A stretch of DNA of 63,709 nucleotides, filler included, from Octopus bimaculoides (taxonomy: Eukaryota), in NCBI RefSeq assembly GCF_001194135.2. It is 6 parts of 6 records of this genome, joined end to end, with 100 filler letters (N's around TTAATTAATTAA, not from the genome) between each part and the next. Parts side by side here need not be neighbours in the genome. Positions count along the whole stretch, not along the records: positions 24,526 to 40,647 come from NC_069002.1; positions 40,748 to 53,345 come from NC_068989.1; 4 more parts are not named here. One strand, written 5' to 3'. Position numbers and translations under genes: made by a program. The notes under the pieces are model-generated. The model was not told the DNA's origin. It was given only the letters and a program-made list of their open reading frames with translations, and did no database searches. This document shows positions 37,621 to 50,533 of this stretch, in pieces (positions within the stretch are counted from its first letter, which is position 1; every line of letters begins with the position of its first letter).

Positions 37621-40600
37621 TGCCAAACAGTGCATATGTAAATTATATTCACGTGTGGTGTAAGGAAAACAAATATTCGCAATTGGTTTTATGTAAATTC
37701 AAGTTAGTCATTGCTTCAAATAATTTCGAATTGCTTCAATAAGCCTTTGAATGAATAGTTCCTTGCTTCGTATATCTCTTTGTTTTGCTACACGGCCACA
37801 TTAACACAGTCATAAAATATAATTGATAGATCGCTGGGTAGACAGACAAATAGATAGATACATATATCTATGTATATGCAGNNNNNNNNNNNNNNNNNNN
37901 NNNNNNNNNNNNNNNNNNNNNNNNNNNNNNNNNNNNNNNNNNNNNNNNNNNNNNNNNNNNNNNNNNNNNNNNNNNNNNNNNNNNNNNNNNNNNNNNNNNN
38001 NNNNNNNNNNNNNNNNNNNNNNNNNNNNNNNNNNNNNNNNNNNNNNNNNNNNNNNNNNNNNNNNNNNNNNNNNNNNNNNNNNNNNNNNNNNNNNNNNNNN
38101 NNNNNNNNNNNNNNNNNNNNNNNNNNNNNNNNNNNNNNNNNNNNNNNNNNNNNNNNNNNNNNNNNNNNNNNNNNNNNNNNNNNNNNNNNNNNNNNNNNNN
38201 NNNNNNNNNNNNNNNNNNNNNNNNNNNNNNNNNNNNNNNNNNNNNNNNNNNNNNNNNNNNNNNNNNNNNNNNNNNNNNNNNNNNNNNNNNNNNNNNNNNN
38301 NNNNNNNNNNNNNNNNNNNNNNNNNNNNNNNNNNNNNNNNNNNNNNNNNNNNNNNNNNNNNNNNNNNNNNNNNNNNNNNNNNNNNNNNNNNNNNNNNNNN
38401 NNNNNNNNNNNNNNNNNNNNNNNNNNNNNNNNNNNNNNNNNNNNNNNNNNNNNNNNNNNNNNNNNNNNNNNNNNNNNNNNNNNNNNNNNNNNNNNNNNNN
38501 NNNNNNNNNNNNNNNNNNNNNNNNNNNNNNNNNNNNNNNNNNNNNNNNNNNNNNNNNNNNNNNNNNNNNNNNNNNNNNNNNNNNNNNNNNNNNNNNNNNN
38601 NNNNNNNNNNNNNNNNNNNNNNNNNNNNNNNNNNNNNNNNNNNNNNNNNNNNNNNNNNNNNNNNNNNNNNNNNNNNNNNNNNNNNNNNNNNNNNNNNNNN
38701 NNNNNNNNNNNNNNNNNNNNNNNNNNNNNNNNNNNNNNNNNNNNNNNNNNNNNNNNNNNNNNNNNNNNNNNNNNNNNNNNNNNNNNNNNNNNNNNNNNNN
38801 NNNNNNNNNNNNNTATATATATATATATGGGGGGGGGTATGTGTGTGTGTGTTAATCAATGAAATTCCAAATTAATCTGACTTTCACATTTTATTTTTTT
38901 GCAATTTTTACAATAAATTAATGCTTTCATGCGTTACGCAGTCATCGGGTTTCTGTCGTGATATGTGTGTTGCACAATTGACAACTGTATTGAAACAGTT
39001 GGATTTATTCTTTACATATCCTCCAATGGGTTCCAGCAGTCTGAATCTTACGTATTGTATTTTGGCCAATCAGCATGCGGCTTAGATGCCCCTATTTGGA
39101 GATCGTGAGAACCAAGTTCTAACTGTATTTTGACCAATCAGTATGTGGCTGAAACGCTACGGTTCGATGGGCACGTGAAGGATTTTTACTTTGACCGCAC
39201 CTCTAGGAATGTTTGTTTGGCTATGTTTTGGACAGCTGCAAGCATCATTCCTGTTTTCATTGAATTCTATTGTTACTCCAGCAATGTTAACATTACAATC
39301 GAATCAATGGTCATTTGGTCAGCGTTACTATCATCGTTCCATCATTTTCATTATTTTTTGTTTTTGTTGTTAGTGGTGGTGGTTCTCATGGCAGTAATAA
39401 TAGCCGTAGTATTTATTTTTATTCTCACCATCATTATTACAATTATCACTGTATGTATAACTGTCCATTTAGAACGTGTTTCAATGTATCGATGCATATT
39501 TATCAATGTATATGCTTTCAAGAATAATTTCAAAATAGTTTTAAATGAGAATAATTGGGTCTCCCAGGTGAGGGGAGGTTTCAGGAACAATTTCATAAAG
39601 CAAATACGAATAAATAAGAGAAAAGTTTACTGACGTGAGTTGTTTGGCAGTCAATAGGATCTACTTAGTATTGAGAGTAAATAGAATTCCTTCTTCATGT
39701 TACATGATGTAGGTAACTAGGTTTTATCTTTTAAGATTTAATATCATTCGACGTGATCTCCACAGTTCTATAGAATATTTGTAGTTGAATACTGTGTGAA
39801 CACTAAGAAAAATTTAGTGATCATTTAAATTGCTGCGGTGAATATTTGAATTGCAGTAAGGAAAAAAAAAATAGTGATTATTTAAATTGCGGTGGATGAA
39901 CTAACTTGGTTGTCATGACCTTAAATGAGGTTCGGCAAGAAATAGATTACAGTTTATTAATATAGAATATATTAGCGACAGCAATAATGCTGATGATATA
40001 GACAAGATTTATTGCTGAACAATGCGGCAGATACTAGAAAATTATGGAGCAGATAATATAGATAAGTATTCTTCTTGTTCGGGAATTCCATTCTTCTTGT
40101 TCGGGATTCCGTCTTTTGTAGTATATGTGGTTTCTCACAAAGACTGAATTTGTAATAATGATCCGAAGGTGAATAGGTGAAATTTTCGTAAGGATACTCC
40201 AAGGTTTGATTGAAAAGACGTTTCTTTAATAGCGGAGTCAGCTCATAGAGTTGAACAGGAAGCTGTAAATTCCGTTGTCAATATATCCTCGCTTCCTAAA
40301 TTTTTTTAAAAAATTCTCATGAAATATTTGCCTCATGCGCCACACACAGCTATGCATGACACAAGACAGATATATCAGCATTAAACCAATCCTATTTAAA
40401 CAGCTTCCATTCAAGCCACCACTAACTTAAATCATTAAATTCTTAAATCTTAAATGCCACCACCAACATAGCACTACAAAATTAACTCCTGTTCCACTGG
40501 AAAATATAAAGAATAATATTTGCTGCAGCTGTTTTATGAAAACTCTTTCCCCAAATAGCCCTGTTTCTGAACAATCAAACCCATCATAACAGTCTCCCTT

Positions 40601-40748
40601 CTATGCTACGTTTGTATTATGTATGTATACATACATACACACACACANNNNNNNNNNNNNNNNNNNNNNNNNNNNNNNNNNNNNNNNNNNNTTAATTAAT
40701 TAANNNNNNNNNNNNNNNNNNNNNNNNNNNNNNNNNNNNNNNNNNNNC

Positions 40749-40975
40749 AAGGGTGCCCACACATGCGAGTCCAATAGGATCGCTGCTGCAAAAGACCGCA
40801 GACAAGCCAGGAAGAACAGAGCTAACAACCATGTAGCAGGCGCTACCATTCCCTGTCCACATTGTCAAAGACTCTTTCGGGCGCAGATTGGCCTCACTAA
40901 CCATCTTCGGACTCACAAAGCAAACTCACCCCCACCCCAGGATGACTAGATGGTCTTCGTCGCATCGACGGACAA
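40749..40975 (+). mobile_element. RTE (BovB/Expander-like) LINE 3' end with C2H2 zinc finger
   Basis: Open frame ...CPHCQRLFRAQIGLTNHLRTH...stop at 40947-40949, then a typical short RTE 3' UTR. Confidence 0.85.
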
Positions 40976-41836
40976 ACTGAACATCCCTCTATCTTCTCTC
41001 GCACTTTTCTACATATATTAGTAATCTCCCTCCGCCGCCGAATTAGACACCTTTCCTCCCTGAAATAATTGCCATCCCTTTTCACACTATCTCAACTCCG
41101 AATAATTCAAGAGCTATTTCCCTAAACTTTGACACCTATACACAAACTCAACAACAACTGACCGTCCTTCAATTACTATCTATCCCAACTCTCCACCTCT
41201 ACTACCACCTTCTTTAATACATCATTATTAAACCCCACTTCCTGAACTAGCTCTATTTCCCTCTCACTATTCCCTGTCTTAACACTCCCCATAACTCCAC
41301 CGACCCTTTTACTTCCCCACTCTAATACTTCTTCCTCTCCTTATTTAACCATTCTAACTTTTTAACTTCTCTGCATTATCATCTGAAATGTAAGATCTTT
41401 TCTACTCCGATGACGGAGGCTTGATTTATCCAATGCCGATTGCTTTAGTTATGGCCGGCATACTGTGATGAACAACATTTCTCAACATTATGATTGATCT
41501 CCAAGCCCCAGAAACGGTTGTTGGACTTATAACACCTTACTTTCTCCTCTTCAATTTTCTCAGTCGTTTGTACTCAGAGTAAGTTAGATTTATATATTTA
41601 TACTTAAATATATATATTTATACTTAAATATATATATTCATACTTAAATATTCATCGTCAGAAAGTCTCCACTCTTTGCTTTCTTTCGTTTTGCATATAT
41701 ACTTATATACACATATACATATTTATACATATTTTATATGTCATACCCAAATCGTTATATTTAATATATTTAATTTGTTTATCCGCATAATTGCTACTCT
41801 CTATCTCTTTCTTTTTCTTTCTTTCTCTCTTTCCCT

Positions 41837-41880
<44 letters not shown>

Positions 41881-42320
41881 NNNNNNNNNNNNNNNNNNNN
41901 NNNNNNNNNNNNNNNNNNNNNNNNNNNNNNNNNNNNNNNNNNNNNNNNNNNNNNNNNNNNNNNNNNNNNNNNNNNNNNNNNNNNNNNNNNNNNNNNNNNN
42001 NNNNNNNNNNNNNNNNNNNNNNNNNNNNNNNNNNNNNNNNNNNNNNNNNNNNNNNNNNNNNNNNNNNNNNNNNNNNNNNNNNNNNNNNNNNNNNNNNNNN
42101 NNNNNNNNNNNNNNNNNNNNNNNNNNNNNNNNNNNNNNNNNNNNNNNNNNNNNNNNNNNNNNNNNNNNNNNNNNNNNNNNNNNNNNNNNNNNNNNNNNNN
42201 NNNNNNNNNNNNNNNNNNNNNNNNNNNNNNNNNNNNNNNNNNNNNNNNNNNNNNNNNNNNNNNNNNNNNNNNCATATATATAAATAAAAATAAGGGGTTT
42301 GTATGATAGTGTGTAGAGGA

Positions 42321-42783
42321 ATATATTATTCAAAAGAATTCCAACTCTGTTTTTTATGTTTTATTTATATTCTTATAAAATTAATGTGGGATATAGAATA
42401 TGAAATATATAATATATATAGTAAAATGAAATGAAGTATAGGATGTATTATTGAATAAATGAAGCACTGAATATTAAATATATAACGACTAGTATACTTT
42501 CCTGCTTTCTAGCAGTCTTCAAGGTCCCGTGTGACAGCCAGTCAACTACAGTTAAAACACTTCTGTCACACGGGACCTTGAAGACTGCTAGAAGGGAGGA
42601 AAGTATACTAGTCGTTATATATTTAATATTCAGTGCTTCATTTATTCAATACGACGTTCAATACTTCATTTCATTTTACTATATATATTATATATTCCAT
42701 ATTCTATATCCCACATTAATTTTATAAGAATATAAATAAAACATAAAAAACAGACGGAGCTAGAATTCTTTTGAATAATATAT
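42321..42783. repeat. Foldback element 1 (arms 42321-42537 / 42563-42783) carrying minimal hammerhead-like motifs
   Basis: Near-perfect ~217-bp inverted repeat with a 25-nt spacer. Confidence 0.92.
42487..42528 (-). ncRNA. Minimal hammerhead-like motif (variant core)
   Basis: GGGAC-CUUGAAGA-CUGCU(AGAA)AGCAG-GAAAG(UAUA)CUA-GUC: perfect stem II, palindromic stem III AGUAUACU. The + copy at 42572-42613 has a mutated stem II. Confidence 0.55.
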
Positions 42784-42791
42784 ATATATAT

Positions 42792-43247
42792 AAATCAAAA
42801 TAAGCAACACGGATTTTAAAGATGACTGCAGTACGCACGTTTCATGCTGCTCCATTTATTTAAGTAATGCGAGCATTAAATGCAATATGTAGAGTAATCT
42901 TCAGCTGCACAAAAATGTAGAAAATTACAGTAGAATAGACATATTATAATTGTGGCAACATTTAAAATCCAAGTGGGAAGAAGAATACGTAAAAATCCAT
43001 CTTGACATAGCCAAGGCTATCAGGCTAGTCAAGATGGATTTTTATGTATTCTTCTTCCCACTTGGATTTTAAATGTTGCCACAATTATAATATGTCTATT
43101 CTACTGTAATTTTCTACATTTTTGTGCAGCTGAAGATTGCTCTACATATTGCATTTAATATAATGCTCGCATTACTTAAATAAAGGGAGTAGCATGAAAC
43201 GTGCGTACTGCAGTCATCTTTAAAATCCGTGTTGCTTATTTTGATTT
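42792..43247. repeat. Foldback element 2 (arms 42792-43006 / 43028-43247) carrying type I hammerhead motifs
   Basis: Near-perfect ~215-bp inverted repeat with a 21-nt spacer. Confidence 0.92.
43125..43212 (+). ncRNA. Type I hammerhead ribozyme motif with extended stem II
   Basis: UGCAG-CUGAAGA-UUGCU...AGCAU-GAAAC-GUGC-GUA-CUGCA: intact core, 5-bp stem I; 10.1-11.1 pair is U.U. Mirror copy at 42827-42909 on minus. Confidence 0.72.
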
Positions 43248-44505
43248 TTTGATCACCTTGCTTTTAGAATGGTTTTTGGATAATACCATACTATATTCTG
43301 GTGTCTAAACATAAGTACCATATTCAATTTTGAATCTAAATCTAAATATATATATATATATATATATATANNNNNNNNNNNNNNNNNNNNNNNNNNNNNN
43401 NNNNNNNNNNNNNNNNNNNNNNNNNNNNNNNNNNNNNNNNNNNNNNNNNNNNNNNNNNNNNNNNNNNNNNNNNNNNNNNNNNNNNNNNNNNNNNNNNNNN
43501 NNNNNNNTATACACACACACACACACACACACATACATATATATATGTATGTATGTATCTATCTATCTATCTATCTATATATATATATATATATACACAC
43601 ACATATACACGTATACATACACACACGCAGACACGCAAGCATGCACGCACACACACACACACACACGCTCACACACACACACACGCTCACACACACACAC
43701 ACGCTCACACACACACACGCTCACACACACACACGCTCACACACACAAATGTTTATGTATAAAAGGATAAGGTTGACAGTGCCTTCAATGTTTTAGCATG
43801 CTTCCCATCATTAGACAGCTGGACAAATGCGAGCAAGCTGAAAATTCGAAGACATTGTTAATATTCCACTTGTAAAAGTTTTATAAATATGATCTCTACT
43901 TAAAACAATTGAGTAATTCTTTAGTTCACAGCTAAATTGTTTTTATAACAACATTAAAAGCTTTTTTTCCAGTTTTTTCCTTGCCAACTGGCCATTTGCA
44001 TTTTAAGACGAAACATTATAGTAATTGACAAAAACTTGAATTGAAAGTTTAAAATAATATACATACACACACACGCAGACACAAGCACATGCGCGCACGC
44101 ACACACAGGTTCACACACACATATACACATGCATACATACAAACATACATACATACATACATACATACATACATACATACATACGTACGTACATACATAC
44201 ATACATACATGCATACATACACACAAAACACATTCATTATTGGGAAATAAAAACGCACAAGATTTCGTGTTTACTTTCAAGTACTATTTATGTTTTTATA
44301 GATCTTTTCATGATATCATATTCATCAACTAGTAGATTATTATTGGTGTAGTTAACGCATGTCTTCCATTTGATAATAATCAATAACATGTGCTTTATGA
44401 AAATCGTAACATAAAAATATTCTGTGAAAACATAAACTGTATTGGAAAGAATACTTGAAATTTTATACGTTTTTATTTTCCACTAACGAATAAGCTATTT
44501 TCTTG

Positions 44506-45805
44506 CGCGAGGTGTTATTAAAAAAGTTCCCGTACTAGTTATTTTTAATTAAAAAACAAAAAGATTTATTTACTCAATCTTTGACATCATCTGCTTCGAA
44601 ATGGTATTGCGCAGTAATACACCGGTCCTAGCGTTTCTGCTCCTTTTGGAATCTGGCCTGGAAGTCGTTTTCAGTAAGCGAGTCGAGGATCTTTTGCGAT
44701 TCGCTCGACAACGATGTTAAAACGGTGACCCTTGAGCTGCATTTCCATCTTGGGGAACAGATGGGAGTCTGCAAGAGCTAAAACTGAGGATTAGGGTGGG
44801 TGCGTAAGTGATACAATGTTGTTTTGGGCGAGAAACTCACGAGTGAGAAGAATTCTGTGACAGAGCACATTATCGCCGTGAAAAACCCAATTCTTCCTGC
44901 TCCACAGATTCAGTCACTTTCACCAAACGTCCTCGATTAAAACGCTTAAAAACGTCGTAGTATAACGCTTGATTGGCGGTCTGGCCCTGAGAGAACGAAA
45001 TCTCGATGCACAATACCGCGGATGTCGAAACAAATCAATGAGCATGCTCTTGACTGAGCTGCGGCTCTGTCGTGCCTTCTTCGGTTGTAGAGATGAAGAG
45101 TTCTTAAATCGTAATGACTGCAGATTCGTCTCAGGGTCGTATTCGTAGACTCAACTTATGTCGATGATCCTCGACATAAAGTATACGTCAACAGCGACAA
45201 ACTGACGGATATCTTGACAGACTTCGACGTGATGTTCTTTCTGCTCAGTGGTCAGCAGGCGGGAAACAAACTTGGCACGCCGCTTGTTTAATTCAGACCT
45301 TAGGATCGCTTGCACGGTCCCATACGACAGACCAACAACATCAGCAACGTCGTTGATTTTCCTCCGACGATCCTCATGCACAGGCTGATCAATTTTCTCC
45401 ACATTTCTGGGGATGACGGTTGTGGCAGGTCTTCCAGACCACTCGTCGTCTTCCAGGCTCGTCCTTCTGCTTTTAAAGCGCCGATGCAACCTGAAACATT
45501 GCGTACGACCCATTACCTCGTCGTCGTAAGCTTGCTGAAGCATGCTCAATGCCTCTGTAGGGGACTTCCCGAGTTTAATGCAAAGTTTCCCGTTGGCTCT
45601 TTGTTCCAACTTCCTGTCCATGACAAAATCGCAGACTACAGCATACACGTGATCACAAAATCCACAAATTTCATAACTTACGAAGTAAGCACATCTATGT
45701 GACTCGATACACTGCCTCATGAATCTCACTGCGCACGTAACCATGTGCTGCCATCTGTTGGCGTGCTACAGAACTAGTCCGGGAACATTTTGATACCACC
45801 TCGTA
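44506..45805 (-). mobile_element. Full-length (~1.3 kb) decayed mariner
   Basis: TIRs cgaggtgttattaaaaaagttcccgtactagtt / gaactagtccgggaacattttgataccacctcg; EQRAN.K.C.KLGKS..E and LEDD..SGRP HTH region. Confidence 0.9.
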
Positions 45806-47218
45806 TTATTTTAATTTTACAATTCAGTTTTTTTTTCTCATTTATTAAATGTGCCTGCACTTCATGTTCTACTGTCAAGACTGCGTTATATCTATAGCCA
45901 AAGCACAACACTGGCTTAGTTTTGTATGTAAACGGTTAAATAAGTAATGATAAATAGCACTATGTTTAACACATTCTGTAAATATGGAGAAGTTAGTAAA
46001 AAGAACTATTTTATTGTGTTCGTATCTGTAAATATTACGTAAAGTCCATTTCTAAAGTGATATGACTTCCGGATTACAAATATATGTAATGACATATTAG
46101 GAAACTTTGAACTTCAAAGTCCTCTAATGCGTCTTTGCAGAATAATTAAGATTCTTTACAAGAATATACACTGGACATGCACGCATTGGTATTACAAGTT
46201 GTTAAAGAATAACGAGCAACATTTTTGATAAAAGTTTGTTTTTTACGATAAATAATATAATTTCCAGTTTTTCTCTGTTACACATTATATATGATTATCT
46301 TTGCAGAAATATCTGTTTTAAGCATACATATATGCATATATATATATGTGTGTGTGTGTGTGTGTATGTGTGTGTGTGTGTNNNNNNNNNNNNNNNNNNN
46401 NNNNNNNNNNNNNNNNNNNNNNNNNNNNNNNNNNNNNNNNNNNNNNNNNNNNNNNNNNNNNNNNNNNNNNNNNNNNNNNNNNNNNNNNNNNNNNNNNNNN
46501 NNNNNNNNNNNNNNNNNNNNNNNNNNNNNNNNNNNNNNNNNNNNNNNNNNNNNNNNNNNNNNNNNNNNNNNNNNNNNNNNNNNNNNNNNNNNNNNNNNNN
46601 NNNNNNNNNNNNNNNNNNNNNNNNNNNNNNNNNNNNNNNNNNNNNNNNNNNNNNNNNNNNNNNNNNNNNNNNNNNNNNNNNNNNNNNNNNNNNNNNNNNN
46701 NNNNNNNNNNNNNNNNNNNNNNNNNNNNNNNNNNNNNNNNNNNNNNNNNNNNNNNNNNNNNNNNNNNNNNNNNNNNNNNNNNNNNNNNNNNNNNNNNNNN
46801 NNNNNNNNNNNNNNNNNNNNNNNNNNNNNNNNNNNNNNNNNNNNNNNNNNNNNNNNNNNNNNNNNNNNNNNNNNNNNNNNNNNNNNNNNNNNNNNNNNNN
46901 NNNNNNNNNNNNNNNNNNNNNNNNNNNNNNNNNNNNNNNNNNNNNNNNNNNNNNNNNNNNNNNNNNNNNNNNNNNNNNNNNNNNNNNNNNNNNNNNNNNN
47001 NNNNNNNNNNNNNNNNNNNNNNNNNNNNNNNNNNNNNNNNNNNNNNNNNNNNNNNNNNNNNNNNNNNNNNNNNNNNNNNNNNNNNNNNNNNNNNNNNNNN
47101 NNNNNNNNNNNNNNNNNNNNNNNNNNNNNNNNNNNNNNNNNNNNNNNNNNNNNNNNNNNNNNNNNNNNNNNNNNNNNNNNNNNNNNNNNNNNNNNTATAT
47201 ATATATATATATATATAT

Positions 47219-47255
47219 GCGCAGGAGTGGCTGTGTGGTAAGTAGCTTGCCTACC
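47219..47255 (+). mobile_element. Truncated tRNA-like head of SINE family B
   Basis: gcgcaggagtggctgtgtggtaagtagcttgcctacc matches the family B head, then similarity stops abruptly. Confidence 0.65.
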
Positions 47256-48550
47256 TCACTACTGTGTGGACGTGTTTTTTAGCTGCTGCAGTCACGTCGC
47301 TGTATACCAGCGTCCTGAATTATTGAAGCACAACTACAGGTAAGACGTTTGTGCTTTGGGATTTAGTGGGGGTTTGTTGCTCGTGTTTATTTATTTTTGT
47401 CGAACAAGACATCTCCACTGAGTTCCACGCATTTATCTACCGTAGTTGTGCTGAAAGTCTCACTTAGCGATGAGAAGTGTGTTTTGGGGGCGTATCCCGC
47501 CTACAAAAATTGTGAACTTTGTTTTTGTGTTCCTGCTACTATTTAGTTGGCCTGGAGTAACGGTGGCCGGAAGATTATATTGTGAAATTTTGTTACCATT
47601 TTTTGTTGAATTTATTGGTGAAATTGTAAAGCTGTGTTCCTGTTGCTGTGTTCCTGCTGCGAAACCAGTCGGCCGGGAGTACCAGTTGGCGGGAAGATTG
47701 AAGTTGCTGTGTTTTGGACTCTGTTTTCTTTCCTTCTTCCTTCCTTCCTTTTTTTCTATTGGACTCTTTTTTGTACTTTTTCCAAAACATGGCAGAAAAA
47801 AAGAACACTGTGTTGGAACACCTGGAGAGGAGGGCGGTCGTGTTACGAACCTATTCTAGGTCGCACGACAGGGACATTTTTGACAAAGAGCTGGTAAATT
47901 GTTTGCCAGCAAAAAATTATTTTGTGTCCAGGGGAGTCAAATACGCAGCGGTGTGGTTGCTGTTTGACTCCCCTGAGGAAGCTTGCACTGCAACAAGCCA
48001 GCCCCTAGTAGGGGAAAAGATTTTGTTCCTTCCCACACATTGTGGGAAGAAAATAACGAGGAGTTGGGTGTGTAGGCTGCCGCCCGGAGTTCGGCCTGAG
48101 TGGGTCGAACAGACCATTCGTAGAGGTCTGGGCGATAGCGGAACCAAGCTCTTTAGCGTCAGGGTGGAGGACGCGACCGATTGGGCTGGGTCAAAAGCAG
48201 TTCTGACCCTTTGGACCCAGTCGGTCGGAGACCTAGTATTCCCGGATTTTCTGGTAATGGCCAGGGCCAGGTATCCGGTGATTCTTGAGGGTCGCCCCCC
48301 TCCCAAGTGTCACCTGTGCGTAGAACCAGGCCATGTCAAAAAGAACTGCCCCTAGGGCCGAGGTAACGCCCTGGAGCAGAAGAAAAAAGAAATGGTGCAC
48401 CCCCACCCCCCATTGGAGGGGGAGGGGGAGGAAGTCGTGGAGGCGGTTGCCTCCTCGAAAAGAAAATGAAACGTGCGCAGCAATGGTTGCTCACCAAAAG
48501 ACACACAGGTTGTGGGAGAGGAGGAGGACCTCACGGTTAAGTCGATGAGG
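47256..48550 (+). mobile_element. L1/Tx1-clade non-LTR element 5' portion: 5' UTR plus ORF1 (ATG 47789 to stop 48355) with CCHC knuckle
   Basis: RRM-like ORF1 ending EGRPPPKCHLCVEPGHVKKNC; the stop after the knuckle is probably premature; no ORF2, truncated by a mariner. Confidence 0.7.
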
Positions 48551-48838
48551 CCGATCTTGCTCCCTCAGACTACCGTTTGTTTCGTAGTTTACAGAATGAT
48601 TTGAGAGACATAACTTTCGCAAGCCAGGAAGAGGTCGAAACTGAAATTTCAGAGTTATTCGCTTTGAAACCAAAAGAGTTTTACGTTGATGGGATTAAAA
48701 AGCTTGTAAATAGATGGAAGGAAGTCATAGATAATCAGGGAAAGTACATTGATGATTAAATTTCAATTAAATATAACATTTGATCACTTGTTTTCTTTAT
48801 TCAAAATTCGGACAGAACTTATGGTATGACCTGGTATA
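48551..48838 (+). mobile_element. Mariner 3' fragment with TIR
   Basis: PDLAPSDYRLFRSLQN...GIKKLVNRWKEVIDNQGKYIDD followed by a TIR-like end. Confidence 0.85.
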
Positions 48839-50108
48839 TACGCAGATACTCAGACACAAACATATATAATACATAATTAAGCAAATACATAGAAATATGT
48901 GTATAGCAAATATATGAATATAAATATAAATACGTATATATATATATATATATATATATNNNNNNNNNNNNNNNNNNNNNNNNNNNNNNNNNNNNNNNNN
49001 NNNNNNNNNNNNNNNNNNNNNNNNNNNNNNNNNNNNNNNNNNNNNNNNNNNNNNNNNNNNNNNNNNNNNNNNNNNNNNNNNNNNNNNNNNNNNNNNNNNN
49101 NNNNNNNNNNNNNNNNNNNNNNNNNNNNNNNNNNNNNNNNNNNNNNNNNNNNNNNNNNNNNNNNNNNNNNNNNNNNNNNNNNNNNNNNNNNNNNNNNNNN
49201 NNNNNNNNNNNNNNNNNNNNNNNNNNNNNNNNNNNNNNNNNNNNNNNNNNNNNNNNNNNNNNNNNNNNNNNNNNNNNNNNNNNNNNNNNNNNNNNNNNNN
49301 NNNNNNNNNNNNNNNNNNNNNNNNNNNNNNNNNNNNNNNNNNNNNNNNNNNNNNNNNNNNNNNNNNNNNNNNNNNNNNNNNNNNNNNNNNNNNNNNNNNN
49401 NNNNNNNNNNNNNNNNNNNNNNNNNNNNNNNNNNNNNNNNNNNNNNNNNNNNNNNNNNNNNNNNNNNNNNNNNNNNNNNNNNNNNNNNNNNNNNNNNNNN
49501 NNATGTATGTATGTATGTATGTATGTATATATACATACACATACCATTTATAAAGGATTTTAGAAACCTTATAAGTATAGAATTGCTTTAATGTATAAAC
49601 GTCTTTTCAAAATTAAGAAATAATATGATTTCAGCGTCAGGCTGTAGGCACTTGATAACAAAGAACAAACCAAAATACATCAAGAAAAGCAAAAGGAAAA
49701 ATCAAAACGCAAAAGTAAGGCAATATCAACAACAAACTAATGCTGGAATAGAGGGGAAACAATTTAAGCCTTCTCTACGAACTGAAATATTAATAAGTCT
49801 CAAAATGATTTGACTGGCTGCTTGCTCGTAGGCAAAGCGAAATAATAGATTTCATGTAACGGAAACGAGGAAAGTTTTAGACACGCACGTAATAAATTAT
49901 AATGAACTCCCTGTGTGCATAACATAATTTATTAGCGAAGTATTAAGAGGCGGTGTAAATGAAATCAGAACAACGAAGTCTTCAAGATTAACTCATATCT
50001 GCAGTGCATAATCTGACGTGTTTGTTGTATTTTCAAAATATAATAGGAAATTTTTTGTCACATAGCACATTTGTACACGCCCACAAATATATATATACAC
50101 ATAAATAC

Positions 50109-50180
<72 letters not shown>

Positions 50181-50533
50181 NNNNNNNNNNNNNNNNNNNN
50201 NNNNNNNNNNNNNNNNNNNNNNNNNNNNNNNNNNNNNNNNNNNNNNNNNNNNNNNNNNNNNNNNNNNNNNNNNNNNNNNNNNNNNNNNNNNNNNNNNNNN
50301 NNNNNNNNNNNNNNNNNNNNNNNNNNNNNNNNNNNNNNNNNNNNNNNNNNNNNNNNNNNNNNNNNNNNNNNNNNNNNNNNNNNNNNNNNNNNNNNNNNNN
50401 NNNNNNNNNNNNNNNNNNNNNNNNNNNNNNNNNNNNNNNNNNNNNNNNNNNNNNNNNNNNNNNNNNNNNNNNNNNNNNNNNNNNNNNNNNNNNNNNNNNN
50501 NNNNNNNNNNNNNNNNTGTGTGTGTGTGTGTGT

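Noticed and set aside
39130-39633. 167-aa hydrophobic ORF
   Set aside because: Low-complexity, AT-rich simple-repeat-like sequence with no domain signature.
41401-41525. Hammerhead-like CCGAUGA...GGCUUG/CAAGCC...GAAACGGUU
   Set aside because: Core U4 is mutated, the stem II closing pair is mismatched and stem I is poor; at most a dead relic.
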